Made by a program: the position numbers and the translations under genes. Of a DNA stretch of 64,000 nucleotides, positions 1 to 10,570 are shown piece after piece. This DNA comes from SAR324 cluster bacterium (GTDB lineage: Bacteria; SAR324; XYD2-FULL-50-16): positions 35,586 to 99,585 of the forward strand of contig JANQGZ010000013.1 of the NCBI GenBank assembly GCA_028282825.1, read 5' to 3'. The notes beneath the pieces are model-generated. The model saw only the letters and a list, made by a program, of their open reading frames with translations. It made no database searches and was not told the DNA's origin. The first letter of the stretch is position 1, and every line of letters starts with the position of its first letter.

Positions 1-235
1 TGATATGTCCGGGAATGTTTTTGAATGGGTCTCCGATTGGAAAAGCCTTAACGACAACTACTATGCTCGGAGTCCCAGAAAGAATCCACAAGGAGCAAAG
101 CCCAGTGTCCGAAAAGTCGGTAGAGGAGGAGCCTGGAACTTTGGTTCAAGCCATCAACGCTGCACTAACCGCTTTAGCAATTGGCCGGATTTTCATTGTC
201 TCAGTTATGGATTCCGAGTAGTTAAAATTCCCTAA
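1..235 (+). CDS. Formylglycine-generating enzyme (FGE-sulfatase/SUMF1) domain protein, C-terminal part; 5' end lies outside the window
   Basis: DMSGNVFEWVSDW, NPQG, RGGAW and YGFRVV motifs are typical of the FGE-sulfatase C-terminus. Confidence 0.85.
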   Translation, partial: DMSGNVFEWVSDWKSLNDNYYARSPRKNPQGAKPSVRKVGRGGAWNFGSSHQRCTNRFSNWPDFHCLSYGFRVVKIP

Positions 236-972
236 ATACACCTTCCTCCGTCGACCTCTATGCAGACGCCAGTCAAAAACTCTGCTTCATCCGAACAAAG
301 AAACAAGGCTGCACTCGCTATGTCTTGCGGCGTGGAAAGCCTACCCATAGGAATAGACGATTTAAACAATTCCAGCTTTTCGGGACTGTCTTCCCCCATA
401 AACAATGGCAGCATACCTGTCCGCCCTGCAACAGGATTAATCGCGCAAACCCTTATATTCTCCGGAGCCAGTTCAATAGCCAAAGATCGTGTCATTGAAA
501 TGACCGCACCTTTTGAACTGTTGTACCAAACCAATCCCGGGCGAGGTCTCACACCTGCTGTCGAGGCTATATTGAGAATCATGCCTGATCGCTGTTTCCT
601 GAAGATAGGAATGACAGCTTTGCAGGAAAGATAAATCGATTTGACATTAACCTGGAAAATCTTATCAAAAGTCGATTCCTCAACCTCCATTAGGGGACAA
701 TTTCGATGAGTGAATCCGGCATTGTTCACGAAAATATCGATGGTTCCGTATTCTGAGACTGTGCGTTGAACAAGGTTGTCCATCTCCTTTTTCTGGCTGA
801 CATCGGTATTGACAAACAAAGCACCCATTTCATCTGCCAGCTTTTGCCCTTCCTCTTCATTCAGATCAGCAACGACAACGTTGGCTCCCTCTTTCTTAAA
901 TCTTTCCGCCATGCCTTTACCGAATCCGGAAGCCGCCCCGGTTATCACTGCTGTTTTTTTTTCAAGTCTCAT
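232..972 (-). CDS. Short-chain dehydrogenase/reductase (TsaC/FabG-like)
   Basis: TGAASGFG, NNAG, YNSSK (YxxxK) and VDGGRCI motifs. Start moved to ATG 972 (MRLEKK), behind GAAGGG. Confidence 0.9.
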   Translation of the reverse strand: MRLEKKTAVITGAASGFGKGMAERFKKEGANVVVADLNEEEGQKLADEMGALFVNTDVSQKKEMDNLVQRTVSEYGTIDIFVNNAGFTHRNCPLMEVEESTFDKIFQVNVKSIYLSCKAVIPIFRKQRSGMILNIASTAGVRPRPGLVWYNSSKGAVISMTRSLAIELAPENIRVCAINPVAGRTGMLPLFMGEDSPEKLELFKSSIPMGRLSTPQDIASAALFLCSDEAEFLTGVCIEVDGGRCI

Positions 973-1024
973 TGATATGCCCTTCTTCACATTGGCTACA
1001 AAAAAAGTATTAGTGTTTACTAAA

Positions 1025-1094
1025 AGCCCGGATGGGAACTGGTTTGAACGAAGTTACGCAACGCATTGAGGACAAGCCAGTTCCCATCCGGGCT
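1025..1094. repeat. Perfect 18-bp inverted repeat with 34-nt loop
   Basis: AGCCCGGATGGGAACTGG (1025-1042) pairs with CCAGTTCCCATCCGGGCT (1077-1094). A short T-run follows on the minus strand. Confidence 0.9.
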
Positions 1095-1225
1095 ATCTCA
1101 TTTGTGCGAGAATTATTCAGTTTGAGATAGGTTTGGACCAAGTCATACAACGTATTAAGAAAGGCCAACCCCCAGTCGGACTTATCGCCGAACTTGTAAA
1201 CATGACTAAACAATCTAAAGATTAA

Positions 1226-2659
1226 CTACCCATGATACATTGCTATGGTTTTCAAAGTAGTAAATCCATATAAAGCTTCCATACCTTTTTCTCTTCCAAA
1301 GCCGCTTCCTTTCACTCCGCCAAACGGCAATTCCACACCACCCCCGGCGCCATAATTATTGATAAAAACCTGTCCGCATTGTAATTCCCTGGCGAGGCGG
1401 AATTGCCTGGCACCATCGGCGGTCCAGACTCCGGCAACAAGTCCGTAGCTGGTACTATTGGCAATGTCGATCGCTTCTTGCTCACTGGAAAATCGTATGA
1501 TCGACAACACGGGTCCGAAAATCTCCTCCTGTGCGAGACAGTGTTGGGGAGGTACATTACCAAACAAAATCGGCAGGGTGTAAAAACCGTCTTTCGGTAT
1601 AGATGCTGCGAATTTGCCCTTGGCCAGTATTTGCAAATCCGATGATTGTTTTAGGTAATTATTGACTCCGTTCAGCTGCTTTTGACTGATTAATGGCCCC
1701 AAGTCATAATCTTCATTTGCCGGTCCAACGGTCAACATTTCAAACTTCCGCATCAGTTTTCCCGCAAATTCTTCATAGATCGGATTATGAATCAAAACCC
1801 TGCTTCCAGCGGAACAGGTCTGTCCGGCATTTTGAATAGCTGCATTAATAATAATCGGAAGGGCTTTGTCCTGATCCGCATCGTCAAAGACGATCTGGGG
1901 GGATTTGCCTCCCAACTCAAGGGTCGTCTGAATAGTATTATTGGCAGCTGCTTTTTGCACCAGCATTCCAACTTTTTGTGATCCGGTGAAACTTAGGTGA
2001 TCAATTCCGGGATGAGATGCCAGTGCAGCGCCTGCCTCCTCCCCATAGCCGGTGATAATGTTAACGCTTCCTTCCGGGAATTTCGCTTTTTGACACAACT
2101 CACCCAAAAACAGGGTGGATAAAGAGGCATCTTCACCCGGTTTTATCACAACAGCGTTTCCTGCTGCCAATGCACCAATGACGCTACGACCTATTATCTG
2201 CAAGGGATAGTTCCAGGGAATGATATGGGCTGTCACCCCATGCGGTTCCCTAAGTGTCATCACTGTATAGCCGTTTTGATAAGGAATGGTTTCCCCATGC
2301 AGTTTATCAACAGCTCCAGCATAGAATTCACAATATCGGGCACAGGCAATGACATCATTTTTAGCCTGGGTCAAGGGCTTACCTACATCGTTAGATTCGA
2401 TTTCTGTGAGTTGCTCTTGATGTTCCAAAATCAATGATCCCAACCGTGTCAGGTATCTGCCCCTTTCCACAGGAGAAAGATTCCTCCACTTCCCTGTTGC
2501 TGCCTGTCGGGCTGCTTGCACAGCCTTATCAATATCTTTATCAATTCCCCTGGCCAATTCACCAAACTGCTCTCCAGTGCTGGGATTGATCACTTTTATT
2601 TCATCTCCCGACGCGCTATCGGTCCAACTTCCATCGATAAACAGCCTTTTGCGATCCAT
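1226..2659 (-). CDS. NAD(P)-dependent aldehyde dehydrogenase
   Basis: IIPWNYP, FTGS, LELGGKSP, NAGQTCSAG (catalytic Cys), EEIFGPV and PFGG motifs. Confidence 0.95.
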   Translation of the reverse strand: MDRKRLFIDGSWTDSASGDEIKVINPSTGEQFGELARGIDKDIDKAVQAARQAATGKWRNLSPVERGRYLTRLGSLILEHQEQLTEIESNDVGKPLTQAKNDVIACARYCEFYAGAVDKLHGETIPYQNGYTVMTLREPHGVTAHIIPWNYPLQIIGRSVIGALAAGNAVVIKPGEDASLSTLFLGELCQKAKFPEGSVNIITGYGEEAGAALASHPGIDHLSFTGSQKVGMLVQKAAANNTIQTTLELGGKSPQIVFDDADQDKALPIIINAAIQNAGQTCSAGSRVLIHNPIYEEFAGKLMRKFEMLTVGPANEDYDLGPLISQKQLNGVNNYLKQSSDLQILAKGKFAASIPKDGFYTLPILFGNVPPQHCLAQEEIFGPVLSIIRFSSEQEAIDIANSTSYGLVAGVWTADGARQFRLARELQCGQVFINNYGAGGGVELPFGGVKGSGFGREKGMEALYGFTTLKTIAMYHG

Positions 2660-2704
2660 ATATATTTTGGGGGAAATACTGACTGATTGGTTTCGTCAGC
2701 AAAT

Positions 2705-3667
2705 TCAATCGAATGTTGCGTGGTGACATGCGACAAAATGTCCTGCCTTTTCAAGCAACTCGGGTGCTTGCTGAACACAAATCTCAGTGGCCAGGCTGCA
2801 TCGATCCACAAAAGGACAACTGTTAGGTTCAAGTATATAGCCGGAATGCACCGTTTTGTCAGCCTGATTCTTCATTTCCGGATCGACGCTGGGTATTGCT
2901 GACAATAACAGTTGTGTGTAGGGATGAAAAGGTTTTTCGAAGATCTCTCCTGTCAGGCCCTGCTCAACTATCCTTCCAAGATAGATCACAGCCAGTCGTT
3001 GGGTTACAAATTCGACCACACTTAAATCGTGACTGATAAACAAAAACGCCAGATCGTATTTTTCCTGCAAATCCATCATCAAATTAAGTACCTGGGCCTG
3101 AACTGAGACATCAAGAGCTGAAACAGATTCATCTGCGACAATCAATGACGGTTTGGTTATCAATGCCCTGGCAATGGCAATTCGTTGACGCTGACCTCCT
3201 GAAAATTCATGTGGGTACTTCTCTAAATCATTTTTGCTCAAACCCACTTCTGCCAGCATGGATATAACCCTATCTTTTCTGTCTGAAGATGAAATGGATT
3301 TTTCGAGCGTATCGAGCGGTTCCGAAACAATGGATAGTACTTTTTTTCTTGGATTCAACGAACTGTATGGATCTTGGAAAACCATCTGGAAATGCTTTCG
3401 CAACTTTCTTAATTTTTCTTGCGATACTGAAAATAAATCGTTTTCGTTATAAAAAACAGTTCCTGAAGTAGGAGAGTCCAAAGCCATAACTATTCTTGCC
3501 AACGTGGATTTACCACAACCGGATTCACCCACTATTCCATAACTTTCACCTTTCTCAATGGATAGATTGATACCGTGCAATGCCCTGAAAACAGGAGGCT
3601 TTTGAAAGATAAATTTACGCGGCAAGGAATATTCTTTTACCAGGTCTTGTACTCTAATCAACGGCAT
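2705..3667 (-). CDS. Peptide ABC transporter ATP-binding subunit (DppF/OppF-like)
   Basis: [21 protein letters not shown] and the C-terminal oligopeptide-ABC Cys motif. Confidence 0.95.
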   Translation of the reverse strand: MPLIRVQDLVKEYSLPRKFIFQKPPVFRALHGINLSIEKGESYGIVGESGCGKSTLARIVMALDSPTSGTVFYNENDLFSVSQEKLRKLRKHFQMVFQDPYSSLNPRKKVLSIVSEPLDTLEKSISSSDRKDRVISMLAEVGLSKNDLEKYPHEFSGGQRQRIAIARALITKPSLIVADESVSALDVSVQAQVLNLMMDLQEKYDLAFLFISHDLSVVEFVTQRLAVIYLGRIVEQGLTGEIFEKPFHPYTQLLLSAIPSVDPEMKNQADKTVHSGYILEPNSCPFVDRCSLATEICVQQAPELLEKAGHFVACHHATFD

Positions 3668-3669
3668 AT

Positions 3670-4653
3670 TCAGTCTCGCTCATTCAGAACAGGATGAAAG
3701 CACCACGCCGTATGACCTGGTGAGATTTCAATCGGTGGTGGATCGTTTTGTGAACATTGTTCACTGGCAAATGAGCATCTGTCCGCAAACGTACAACCTT
3801 TTGGTAATTGGTGAAGATTCGGTACCTGACCGGGAATACTTGGCAACCTTCTTTTTCCGACAGTTTTGGATGATCCGGGACGGGGTATGGCAGAAAACAA
3901 GCCTAGTGAGTAGGGGTGGCCCATTTTCTTAAATACATCAATAGTCTTGCCCTGCTCCATAATCCGACCGGTATACATTACGATGACGTTTTCCGTGGTT
4001 TGGGCAATGACGCCCAAATCATGACTGATCATCACCAGCGCCATGCCTGACTTATCTGCCAATTCACTGATTAGCTTCAATATTTGATCTTGAACTGTTA
4101 CATCCAGTGCCGTTGTCGGTTCATCTGCTATCAGAACATCCGGTTCACAGGCAATGGCCATGGCTATCATCACTCTTTGCCGCTGCCCCCCGGAAAGCTG
4201 GTGTGGGTAAAGGTTCAAGGGAAATCTCGGTTCCGGCAGTCCTACCCTGTCCAATAGTTCCAATATCCGCTTTCTACATTCAGACTTATCAAGCTTAAAA
4301 TGCAGGGTCAGGGATTCTGACAGCTGGTCTCCGATGGTTTTGACCGGGTTCAAAGCTGTCATTGGTTCTTGAAAGATCATGCTAATGCGCCTTCCCCGGA
4401 TGTTACACATCTGACGATGACTTTGTTTCAGCAGGTCTATTCCGTCCAATTGCACATTGCCCGATATTTTAGATTTGGGAGGCAACAACGACATTAGAGT
4501 TAAAGCAGTAATCGATTTACCGCAACCCGATTCACCGACAATCCCCAGCCGATCCCCCCTGTTAAGGGAAAAGTTAATGTCTTTTATTATCTGCAGAGGA
4601 CCATCGATACTAGGAATGGTGACTGATAAGCCTTTTGCTTGAAGTAAGGGCAT
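3670..4653 (-). CDS. Peptide ABC transporter ATP-binding subunit (DppD/OppD-like)
   Basis: [27 protein letters not shown] and DEPTTALD motifs. Confidence 0.95.
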   Translation of the reverse strand: MPLLQAKGLSVTIPSIDGPLQIIKDINFSLNRGDRLGIVGESGCGKSITALTLMSLLPPKSKISGNVQLDGIDLLKQSHRQMCNIRGRRISMIFQEPMTALNPVKTIGDQLSESLTLHFKLDKSECRKRILELLDRVGLPEPRFPLNLYPHQLSGGQRQRVMIAMAIACEPDVLIADEPTTALDVTVQDQILKLISELADKSGMALVMISHDLGVIAQTTENVIVMYTGRIMEQGKTIDVFKKMGHPYSLGLFSAIPRPGSSKTVGKRRLPSIPGQVPNLHQLPKGCTFADRCSFASEQCSQNDPPPIEISPGHTAWCFHPVLNERD

Positions 4654-4656
4654 TGA

Positions 4657-5505
4657 TTACCTGTTCCTGCGCAATTTTGGATCCAGAACGTCTCTTAAGC
4701 CGTCCCCAAAGAGGTTTAACCCAAGCACTGTAAGAGCAATAGCCAAGCCCGGATAAATAGCAAGCTGCGGTGCAAAATGCAAAAAAGTCTGGGCTTCATT
4801 GAGCATTTTTCCCCAGCTGGCGGCTGGTGGTTGCGTTCCCAAACCAAGGTAACTTAAACCTGCTTCAGCAAGAATTCCCAGTGCAAATTGAATAGTCGCT
4901 TGAACGATCAGTACGCTGAATGTATTAGGCAGTACGTGTTCTATTGAAATCCTGAATTTTCTTTTTCCTGCACTGCGCGCCGCCAGGATGAATTCTCTTT
5001 TCCAAATACCGAGGGCTGCCCCCCTTGTCACCCTGGCAAATACGGGAATGTTAAAAATGCCGATCGCAATAATTGAATTGATCGCCCCGGGTCCCATGAT
5101 TGCGGTGATCATAATAGCTGATATCAGGGAGGGAAATGCAAAAGTAAAATCATTAAATCTCATAATCAGCTCATCCACCCAGCCCTTTCTGGATGCCGCT
5201 ATCAAACCCAATGGAACACCAAATCCCATCCCAATTCCGATTGCTACGAAAGCTACTATGACAGAGTTTTTAGCGCCCATGATCAGCATCGATAATATAT
5301 CCCTGCCGAAGTGATCAGTTCCCAAAAGATAGTTCCCGTTTGGCGCTAACAGTTTATCTGAAACATTGAAATCTTCTATAGGATGCGGCACCCAAATGTA
5401 AGACAGGATTGCAATCAAGAAAAACAACATAGTAATTGTTCCGCCTAAAACAAAACTTCTGTTCTTGATACCATGACGAAAAATTTCCAGGGTGCGCTCA
5501 AACAT
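4657..5505 (-). CDS. Peptide ABC transporter permease (DppC-like)
   Basis: LGTDHFGRD, EAA-like loop, LSYLGLG and GDGLRDVLDP motifs. Confidence 0.95.
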   Translation of the reverse strand: MFERTLEIFRHGIKNRSFVLGGTITMLFFLIAILSYIWVPHPIEDFNVSDKLLAPNGNYLLGTDHFGRDILSMLIMGAKNSVIVAFVAIGIGMGFGVPLGLIAASRKGWVDELIMRFNDFTFAFPSLISAIMITAIMGPGAINSIIAIGIFNIPVFARVTRGAALGIWKREFILAARSAGKRKFRISIEHVLPNTFSVLIVQATIQFALGILAEAGLSYLGLGTQPPAASWGKMLNEAQTFLHFAPQLAIYPGLAIALTVLGLNLFGDGLRDVLDPKLRRNR

Positions 5506-6451
5506 CCTCGCCCCCTCTCAACCTGGGATCTATCGCGGCATAAAGAAGATCTACGATAAAATTGATCAGAATAACCATAACAGCGAGCAGGATGACGAGA
5601 TTCTTTACGACAATCAAATCACGCTGGGCAATTGACTGGAATATTAATCTTCCGATACCCGGAAGATAAAACACATTTTCAATGATAATGGTACCGGCCA
5701 AAAGAAAGGAAAACTGAAGTCCCATGATTGTCACAACCGGAATCATGGCATTGCGCAAGGCATGACGCCATAAAATTCTCAAACGGCCGCTGCCCTTGGC
5801 CTGGGCAGTTCTGATATAATCTTCTTTAAGTACCTCCAGCATCGAAGATCTCGTCACCCTTGCCAGAATTGCAGATTGAGGAAGAGCTAAAGCAATAGTT
5901 GGCAGAAGCAAAGAAGTAAGCGCCGGGATCATTCCGGCATCCCATCCGGCAAATCCTCCTGCCGGCAGCCATCTTAGACTTACCGAAAAAACAATAACCA
6001 ACAATAGCGCAAACCAGAAGTTCGGAACTGCTATTCCCAGTTGGGAAAATATCATCACAATAAAATCCAAAGGATTGGAATGATTAGAAGCGGCAATGAT
6101 ACCAAGAGGAATAGCAATAACTGTGGAAAGTGTGATGGCAAAAACAGCCAGGGGAAAACTGAGTTGGATACGTTCCTTGATTAATTCAAAAACCGGCACG
6201 TCATAGGTGTAGCTGGTCCCAAGATCGCCCTGGACTAAGTCTCCCAACCAGCTGATATATCTAACTACAACTGGCCGATTTAGTCCCATTTCTTCCCTTA
6301 GAGCGGCGAGTGTTTCAGGCTCGGCGTTGATCCCGAGCATGACGGCAGCGGGATCGCCCGGAAGAATTTCCAGGACAACAAAAACGATCAGGGTAGCGAC
6401 CAGCAAGGTGAGAAACATCGTTACCAGTCGCTTGAAAAGAAATACTCTCAT
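5498..6451 (-). CDS. Peptide ABC transporter permease (DppB-like)
   Basis: PGDPA, GDLGTS, DYIRTAQAKG and DLLYAAIDPR motifs. Confidence 0.95.
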   Translation of the reverse strand: MRVFLFKRLVTMFLTLLVATLIVFVVLEILPGDPAAVMLGINAEPETLAALREEMGLNRPVVVRYISWLGDLVQGDLGTSYTYDVPVFELIKERIQLSFPLAVFAITLSTVIAIPLGIIAASNHSNPLDFIVMIFSQLGIAVPNFWFALLLVIVFSVSLRWLPAGGFAGWDAGMIPALTSLLLPTIALALPQSAILARVTRSSMLEVLKEDYIRTAQAKGSGRLRILWRHALRNAMIPVVTIMGLQFSFLLAGTIIIENVFYLPGIGRLIFQSIAQRDLIVVKNLVILLAVMVILINFIVDLLYAAIDPRLRGGEDV

Positions 6452-6457
6452 CCGGAA

Positions 6458-7945
6458 CTATTTCCAGTATACTTCTGTCAGATCATTGGCTTGAACAGGG
6501 CTGTTTTCCCAAAGTCCCATAATGTTTTTATTCCAGACGCCATGTTTGGCCAGTTGAAATAAAAAACCATTCACACAATCATTGGAAATGATGCGCTGGG
6601 CCTGGCCCATCAGCTCATAACGTTTTTTTGTATCCACAGTTGCGTTTAAATTAGTAATCAAGTCGCGGAATTTTGGATTATCGTAGTTAAAATAATAGTC
6701 GGTACGGGCATAAATTCCAATATCCATGGGTTCGGTGTGGGATACAATAGTCAGATCATAGTCTTTTTTTCTGAAGACCTGATCCAACCATTGGGCCCAT
6801 TCCACAGGCACAATTTCAAGCTTAATACCAATTTTAGCCAATTGGGATACAATGATTTCTCCACCTCTTCTCGCGTAACTGGGAGGAGGCAGCTTGATTA
6901 CGGCATTAAAACCGTTTGGATAGCCCGCCTCGGCAAGCAGTTTTTTAGCCTTGTTTATATTAAACTCAAAATGGTCAGTGAGGTCGACATAAGCCGGGTG
7001 ATGGGGAGCAAAATGAGTCCCGATGGGAGTGCCATACCCAAACATGGCGCCATCGATTATTGCCTTCCTGTCAATTGCATGTGCCATGGCTTGCCTTACT
7101 GCTAAATTGGCAAAAGGCCCCCTTTTATTGTTTGTAGAAAGAATTGTTTCCCCTTCGGTGCTGCCAATCACAACTCTGAATCTAGGGTCTGTTTTAAACT
7201 GGGAAACACTCTCCGGGGCCGGGATATTTGCAAAGGCATCAATGTCTCCTGCCATCAATGCAGCTACAGCCGCCGCCGGATCAGGTATTATTTTGAAAGT
7301 CGCTCTCTTTAATTTAGCTGGTTCACCCCAATAGGTCAGATTCTTAGCAAGCTCAACTCGATCGCCCTTGACCCAACGCTTAAAAATAAAGGGACCCGTT
7401 CCTACGGGCTTGCTTTTATTGGTAGCGGCGCTGTTGGAATCTACAATAACTGCATCCCCCCAGCCCATGTTGAATAAAAAACTACCTGTTGGTTGCTTCA
7501 AGGTAACCACGACAGTGTGTGCGTCTTTCTTTCTTACCAGTTTTATCGGTTTGAACAATTGTTTCTGAGCGTTCACGCTTTTTTCGGAACGAGCTCGATT
7601 TAATGAATACACAACGTCGTCTGCATCGAATATTGAGCCGTCATGAAACTTAACCCCTTTTTGCAACATAAAAATGTAAACCAGTTTATCATTCGATATT
7701 TTCCAACTTTTTGCCAAGGCCGGTTTCACAGCACCATTTCTATCGATTCGAGTTAATCCCTCAAACACGTTGGCATATACAATCTCATCAATTGCTGCTG
7801 CCGCGCCTGCTGTCGGGTCCAAGTGAGGAGGTTCAAGCACCACGCCCATGGTCAAACTGTTTTTAAGCGCCATGGCCGGCGATGATATGGTTAACAATGC
7901 CAAGGTAAACAACAGTCCTTGAAGTATGAATTTTGAACCTTTCAT
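6458..7945 (-). CDS. Family 5 ABC substrate-binding protein (DppA-like)
   Basis: Signal peptide plus LDP, VFEGL, KFHDG and PVGTGPF motifs. Confidence 0.93.
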   Translation of the reverse strand: MKGSKFILQGLLFTLALLTISSPAMALKNSLTMGVVLEPPHLDPTAGAAAAIDEIVYANVFEGLTRIDRNGAVKPALAKSWKISNDKLVYIFMLQKGVKFHDGSIFDADDVVYSLNRARSEKSVNAQKQLFKPIKLVRKKDAHTVVVTLKQPTGSFLFNMGWGDAVIVDSNSAATNKSKPVGTGPFIFKRWVKGDRVELAKNLTYWGEPAKLKRATFKIIPDPAAAVAALMAGDIDAFANIPAPESVSQFKTDPRFRVVIGSTEGETILSTNNKRGPFANLAVRQAMAHAIDRKAIIDGAMFGYGTPIGTHFAPHHPAYVDLTDHFEFNINKAKKLLAEAGYPNGFNAVIKLPPPSYARRGGEIIVSQLAKIGIKLEIVPVEWAQWLDQVFRKKDYDLTIVSHTEPMDIGIYARTDYYFNYDNPKFRDLITNLNATVDTKKRYELMGQAQRIISNDCVNGFLFQLAKHGVWNKNIMGLWENSPVQANDLTEVYWK

Positions 7946-8011
7946 AGGGCCTCCTCCTTTGATTTTCTGCTCCTTGAAGTGAAATTGATGATGGTATTAT
8001 CCCAATTACAA

Positions 8012-9028
8012 TCAACCTTTAGATAATTGTTCACGAAATTTGTCACGATAGCTTTCAAATCCTCCCAGACTTTCGGCTTCATACACTCCCCTGGCAATGG
8101 ATCTGGTGACACAATCCGCGGCCAACATCCCGAGTTTCGCCAAAGCAGCAGCAGGATCCGAAAGTGCTTGTTTACCGGTTGATATCACGAAAACACTGTC
8201 TCCATCAAACGGAGAATGTACAGGTCTGATGGCTCTGGCCAGGCCATCTTGTGCCATAATAGCAACCCGCCTCGCTTGCGATTTTGTTAGAATAGCATCG
8301 GTTGCAACGGTAACAATTGTTGTGTTCTTGCCAACGGGCAATTCAAAGGTAAAATCCAGATTGCTGATTCCGGACGGCAAATTTGCTTGCCCCCCTAACT
8401 CGTTGTTTTGTTCCCAAGGAGATGCCCACAGTATGTGACTATCCGGTACTGTCACTGATCCCATGGAATTCACGGCTGCAATCGCACCTATGGTAATGTC
8501 ATTATTTCCATCTTTAAAAACAAACGATGCACTTCCCAAACCTCCTTTAATTCCACCAGATACAGCCCCCATACCCGCACCGTAGTTCCCCAGCTCAAAA
8601 GTGGCACTGCAGTTAGCTGCTGCTTTTTTTGCAAGATCCGCATAAGGAGACTTGTCACCCCACTCCTTGTCGCCTCCGTTTAACAGGTCAAATAGTATTG
8701 CGCTGGGAACGATAGGGATAATGGTATCGCCTAGCTGAAAACCGATCTTTTGATCGGCCAGGTAGGACATGACACCACCTGCTGCATCCAATCCATATGC
8801 GGAACCACCGCTAAGAACTACCGCATGGATAACCTCGACCAAACAGTCGGAATTCAATGCATCGGTCTCCCGGGTTCCGGGCCCTCCTCCCCTAACATCC
8901 ACCGAGGCTATCGCGGGTTCCAGCGGTTTAATAACTGTAACGCCGCTCCTTAAATTGTGATCTTCGGAGTTTCCGACTGTAATTCCCGGCACATCCGTTA
9001 TCAGGTTTTTCTCTCCAGTTCTGATCAT
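8012..9028 (-). CDS. P1/S58 family peptidase (DmpA-like Ntn hydrolase)
   Basis: NLITDVPGITVG, GGGPGTRET, LSGGSAYGL, NTTI (autoprocessing site) and HSPFDGD motifs. Confidence 0.9.
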   Translation of the reverse strand: MIRTGEKNLITDVPGITVGNSEDHNLRSGVTVIKPLEPAIASVDVRGGGPGTRETDALNSDCLVEVIHAVVLSGGSAYGLDAAGGVMSYLADQKIGFQLGDTIIPIVPSAILFDLLNGGDKEWGDKSPYADLAKKAAANCSATFELGNYGAGMGAVSGGIKGGLGSASFVFKDGNNDITIGAIAAVNSMGSVTVPDSHILWASPWEQNNELGGQANLPSGISNLDFTFELPVGKNTTIVTVATDAILTKSQARRVAIMAQDGLARAIRPVHSPFDGDSVFVISTGKQALSDPAAALAKLGMLAADCVTRSIARGVYEAESLGGFESYRDKFREQLSKG

Positions 9029-9049
9029 AGGTCTATTAGGTTAATCGTC

Positions 9050-10537
9050 TCAATTCTTGTTGAAATCTACGTTTTGATCCAAAGGGAAGATTGGCCGTCG
9101 TAATTTCTTAAAATCCAATCGCTCAAATCGAGAGGTGGTGACACCCTCGCCATCGCAATGCAAGGTTTGCTTGCCAATTGAAGCAAATCCCGCTCGATAG
9201 TGAATACGCGATTTTAACAAGAGGTATTTTTCGTGCTCAGGCAAAATGCCTACGGATGTAAATACTCCCACATCCCAGGGCTCATGATGAAGGGACACCA
9301 CCACTATTTTGATTTTTCCCGTATCAAATACCGCTGTGGGTCCCATGTCCACCTGGACACCTGTGTACATCGGCCCATGAACAGTCCACTTCCCATCACT
9401 CAATACTCTGAGTTTACCCCTTAATTTCAATGGCTTTGGAGTGAGATGCAAAGAAGGAATCGCAGTTTTTCCACCCAGATTGATTGTCATTTCCTTACCA
9501 ACACCGACCTTTTGCATTTCGACTACAGCTTCAGGATCATAAACCGCTGCTACTGATGCACCATCAATCCCCTGATCCACCATTTCCTTGATCACAACCA
9601 TGACATCCTGAGTCCCACCAGAACCGCAATTGTCCTCATGGTCCAAAAGAATGACAGGGTAGTCATTCAATTGCTCGGCCTGTTTGATCTGTTCTTGGAG
9701 TGAACCGCATTGATAGACAAATTGGTCTTTTTGCTTCCAGGCCAGGTTTGCAATTTCGAAACTTGTTTGTTTCGCCAGTTCCGGATTTTGATTTGTTACA
9801 ACCAGGGCTGAAGCACCAGCATCAGGCATGTCAGCCAATGGGAATCCACCGAAAAATGTAGCGGCCAAAACATTTTCTTGTTTTTCTGCTTCCTTGCAGG
9901 CTTTAATCAATGACTTGGTCGGCTGGTCATCGGTTCCCTGTTTTAAGGTATGCGTCAACATGGGCAACTGTTGCCTTACCATCACAGGTTTTATTTTCTC
10001 TTCATATGCATCAAGAACCACCTGACCAATTTGTTTACCCACTTCGTACATGTCGACATGAGGGTACGTTTTATAGCCAATCAAGGCAGTGCAATTGTCT
10101 ACCATTTTCCGGGTTAAATTGCAGTGGAAGTCACAGGTAACAGCAATGGGGAGATTGGGGGAGATCGTTCGGATTTTTTCGAGCAAAGTCCCTTCGCCGT
10201 CATCGGTAGTTTCGGAAACCATTGCCCCATGCAGATCCAATAAAGCAAGATCACATCCCGAGTCTATGGAGTCGCAGATGGAATCCGTAAGACGATTATA
10301 AGCTTCAGCATGAACAATCCCTGAAGGCATGGCTTCAGCTGCAACGGGAGTTATGATTTCCGCTCCGATACTCTTTGCAAGATCAATGTAAGCCGCAATG
10401 GGCATGCCGGTATTTTGATACGCTTCCAAAACGTCTTGTCCGAAATGGATTCCCCAGTTTTCAAAACGTTTTAGGTTTGTGGGAATGGGTGAAAATGTAT
10501 TGGTTTCATGTTTCATCATGGCAATGACAATTTTCAT
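9050..10537 (-). CDS. M81 family metallopeptidase (MlrC-like)
   Basis: HETNTFS, LHGAM, DFHCN, YKTYPHVD, DNCGSG and KSRIHYRAGF motifs. Confidence 0.92.
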   Translation of the reverse strand: MKIVIAMMKHETNTFSPIPTNLKRFENWGIHFGQDVLEAYQNTGMPIAAYIDLAKSIGAEIITPVAAEAMPSGIVHAEAYNRLTDSICDSIDSGCDLALLDLHGAMVSETTDDGEGTLLEKIRTISPNLPIAVTCDFHCNLTRKMVDNCTALIGYKTYPHVDMYEVGKQIGQVVLDAYEEKIKPVMVRQQLPMLTHTLKQGTDDQPTKSLIKACKEAEKQENVLAATFFGGFPLADMPDAGASALVVTNQNPELAKQTSFEIANLAWKQKDQFVYQCGSLQEQIKQAEQLNDYPVILLDHEDNCGSGGTQDVMVVIKEMVDQGIDGASVAAVYDPEAVVEMQKVGVGKEMTINLGGKTAIPSLHLTPKPLKLRGKLRVLSDGKWTVHGPMYTGVQVDMGPTAVFDTGKIKIVVVSLHHEPWDVGVFTSVGILPEHEKYLLLKSRIHYRAGFASIGKQTLHCDGEGVTTSRFERLDFKKLRRPIFPLDQNVDFNKN

Positions 10538-10570
10538 CTGTAACTCCTTTTCAGCTTTTTCACCTTATCA

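Noticed and set aside
1010-1213. 67-aa ORF between the ALDH and SDR genes
   Set aside because: TTG start with no RBS, runs through inverted repeats, and has no recognisable motif.
9050-10537. Microcystin degradation (mlr) cluster
   Set aside because: No mlrA, mlrB or mlrD; M81 proteins are widespread.
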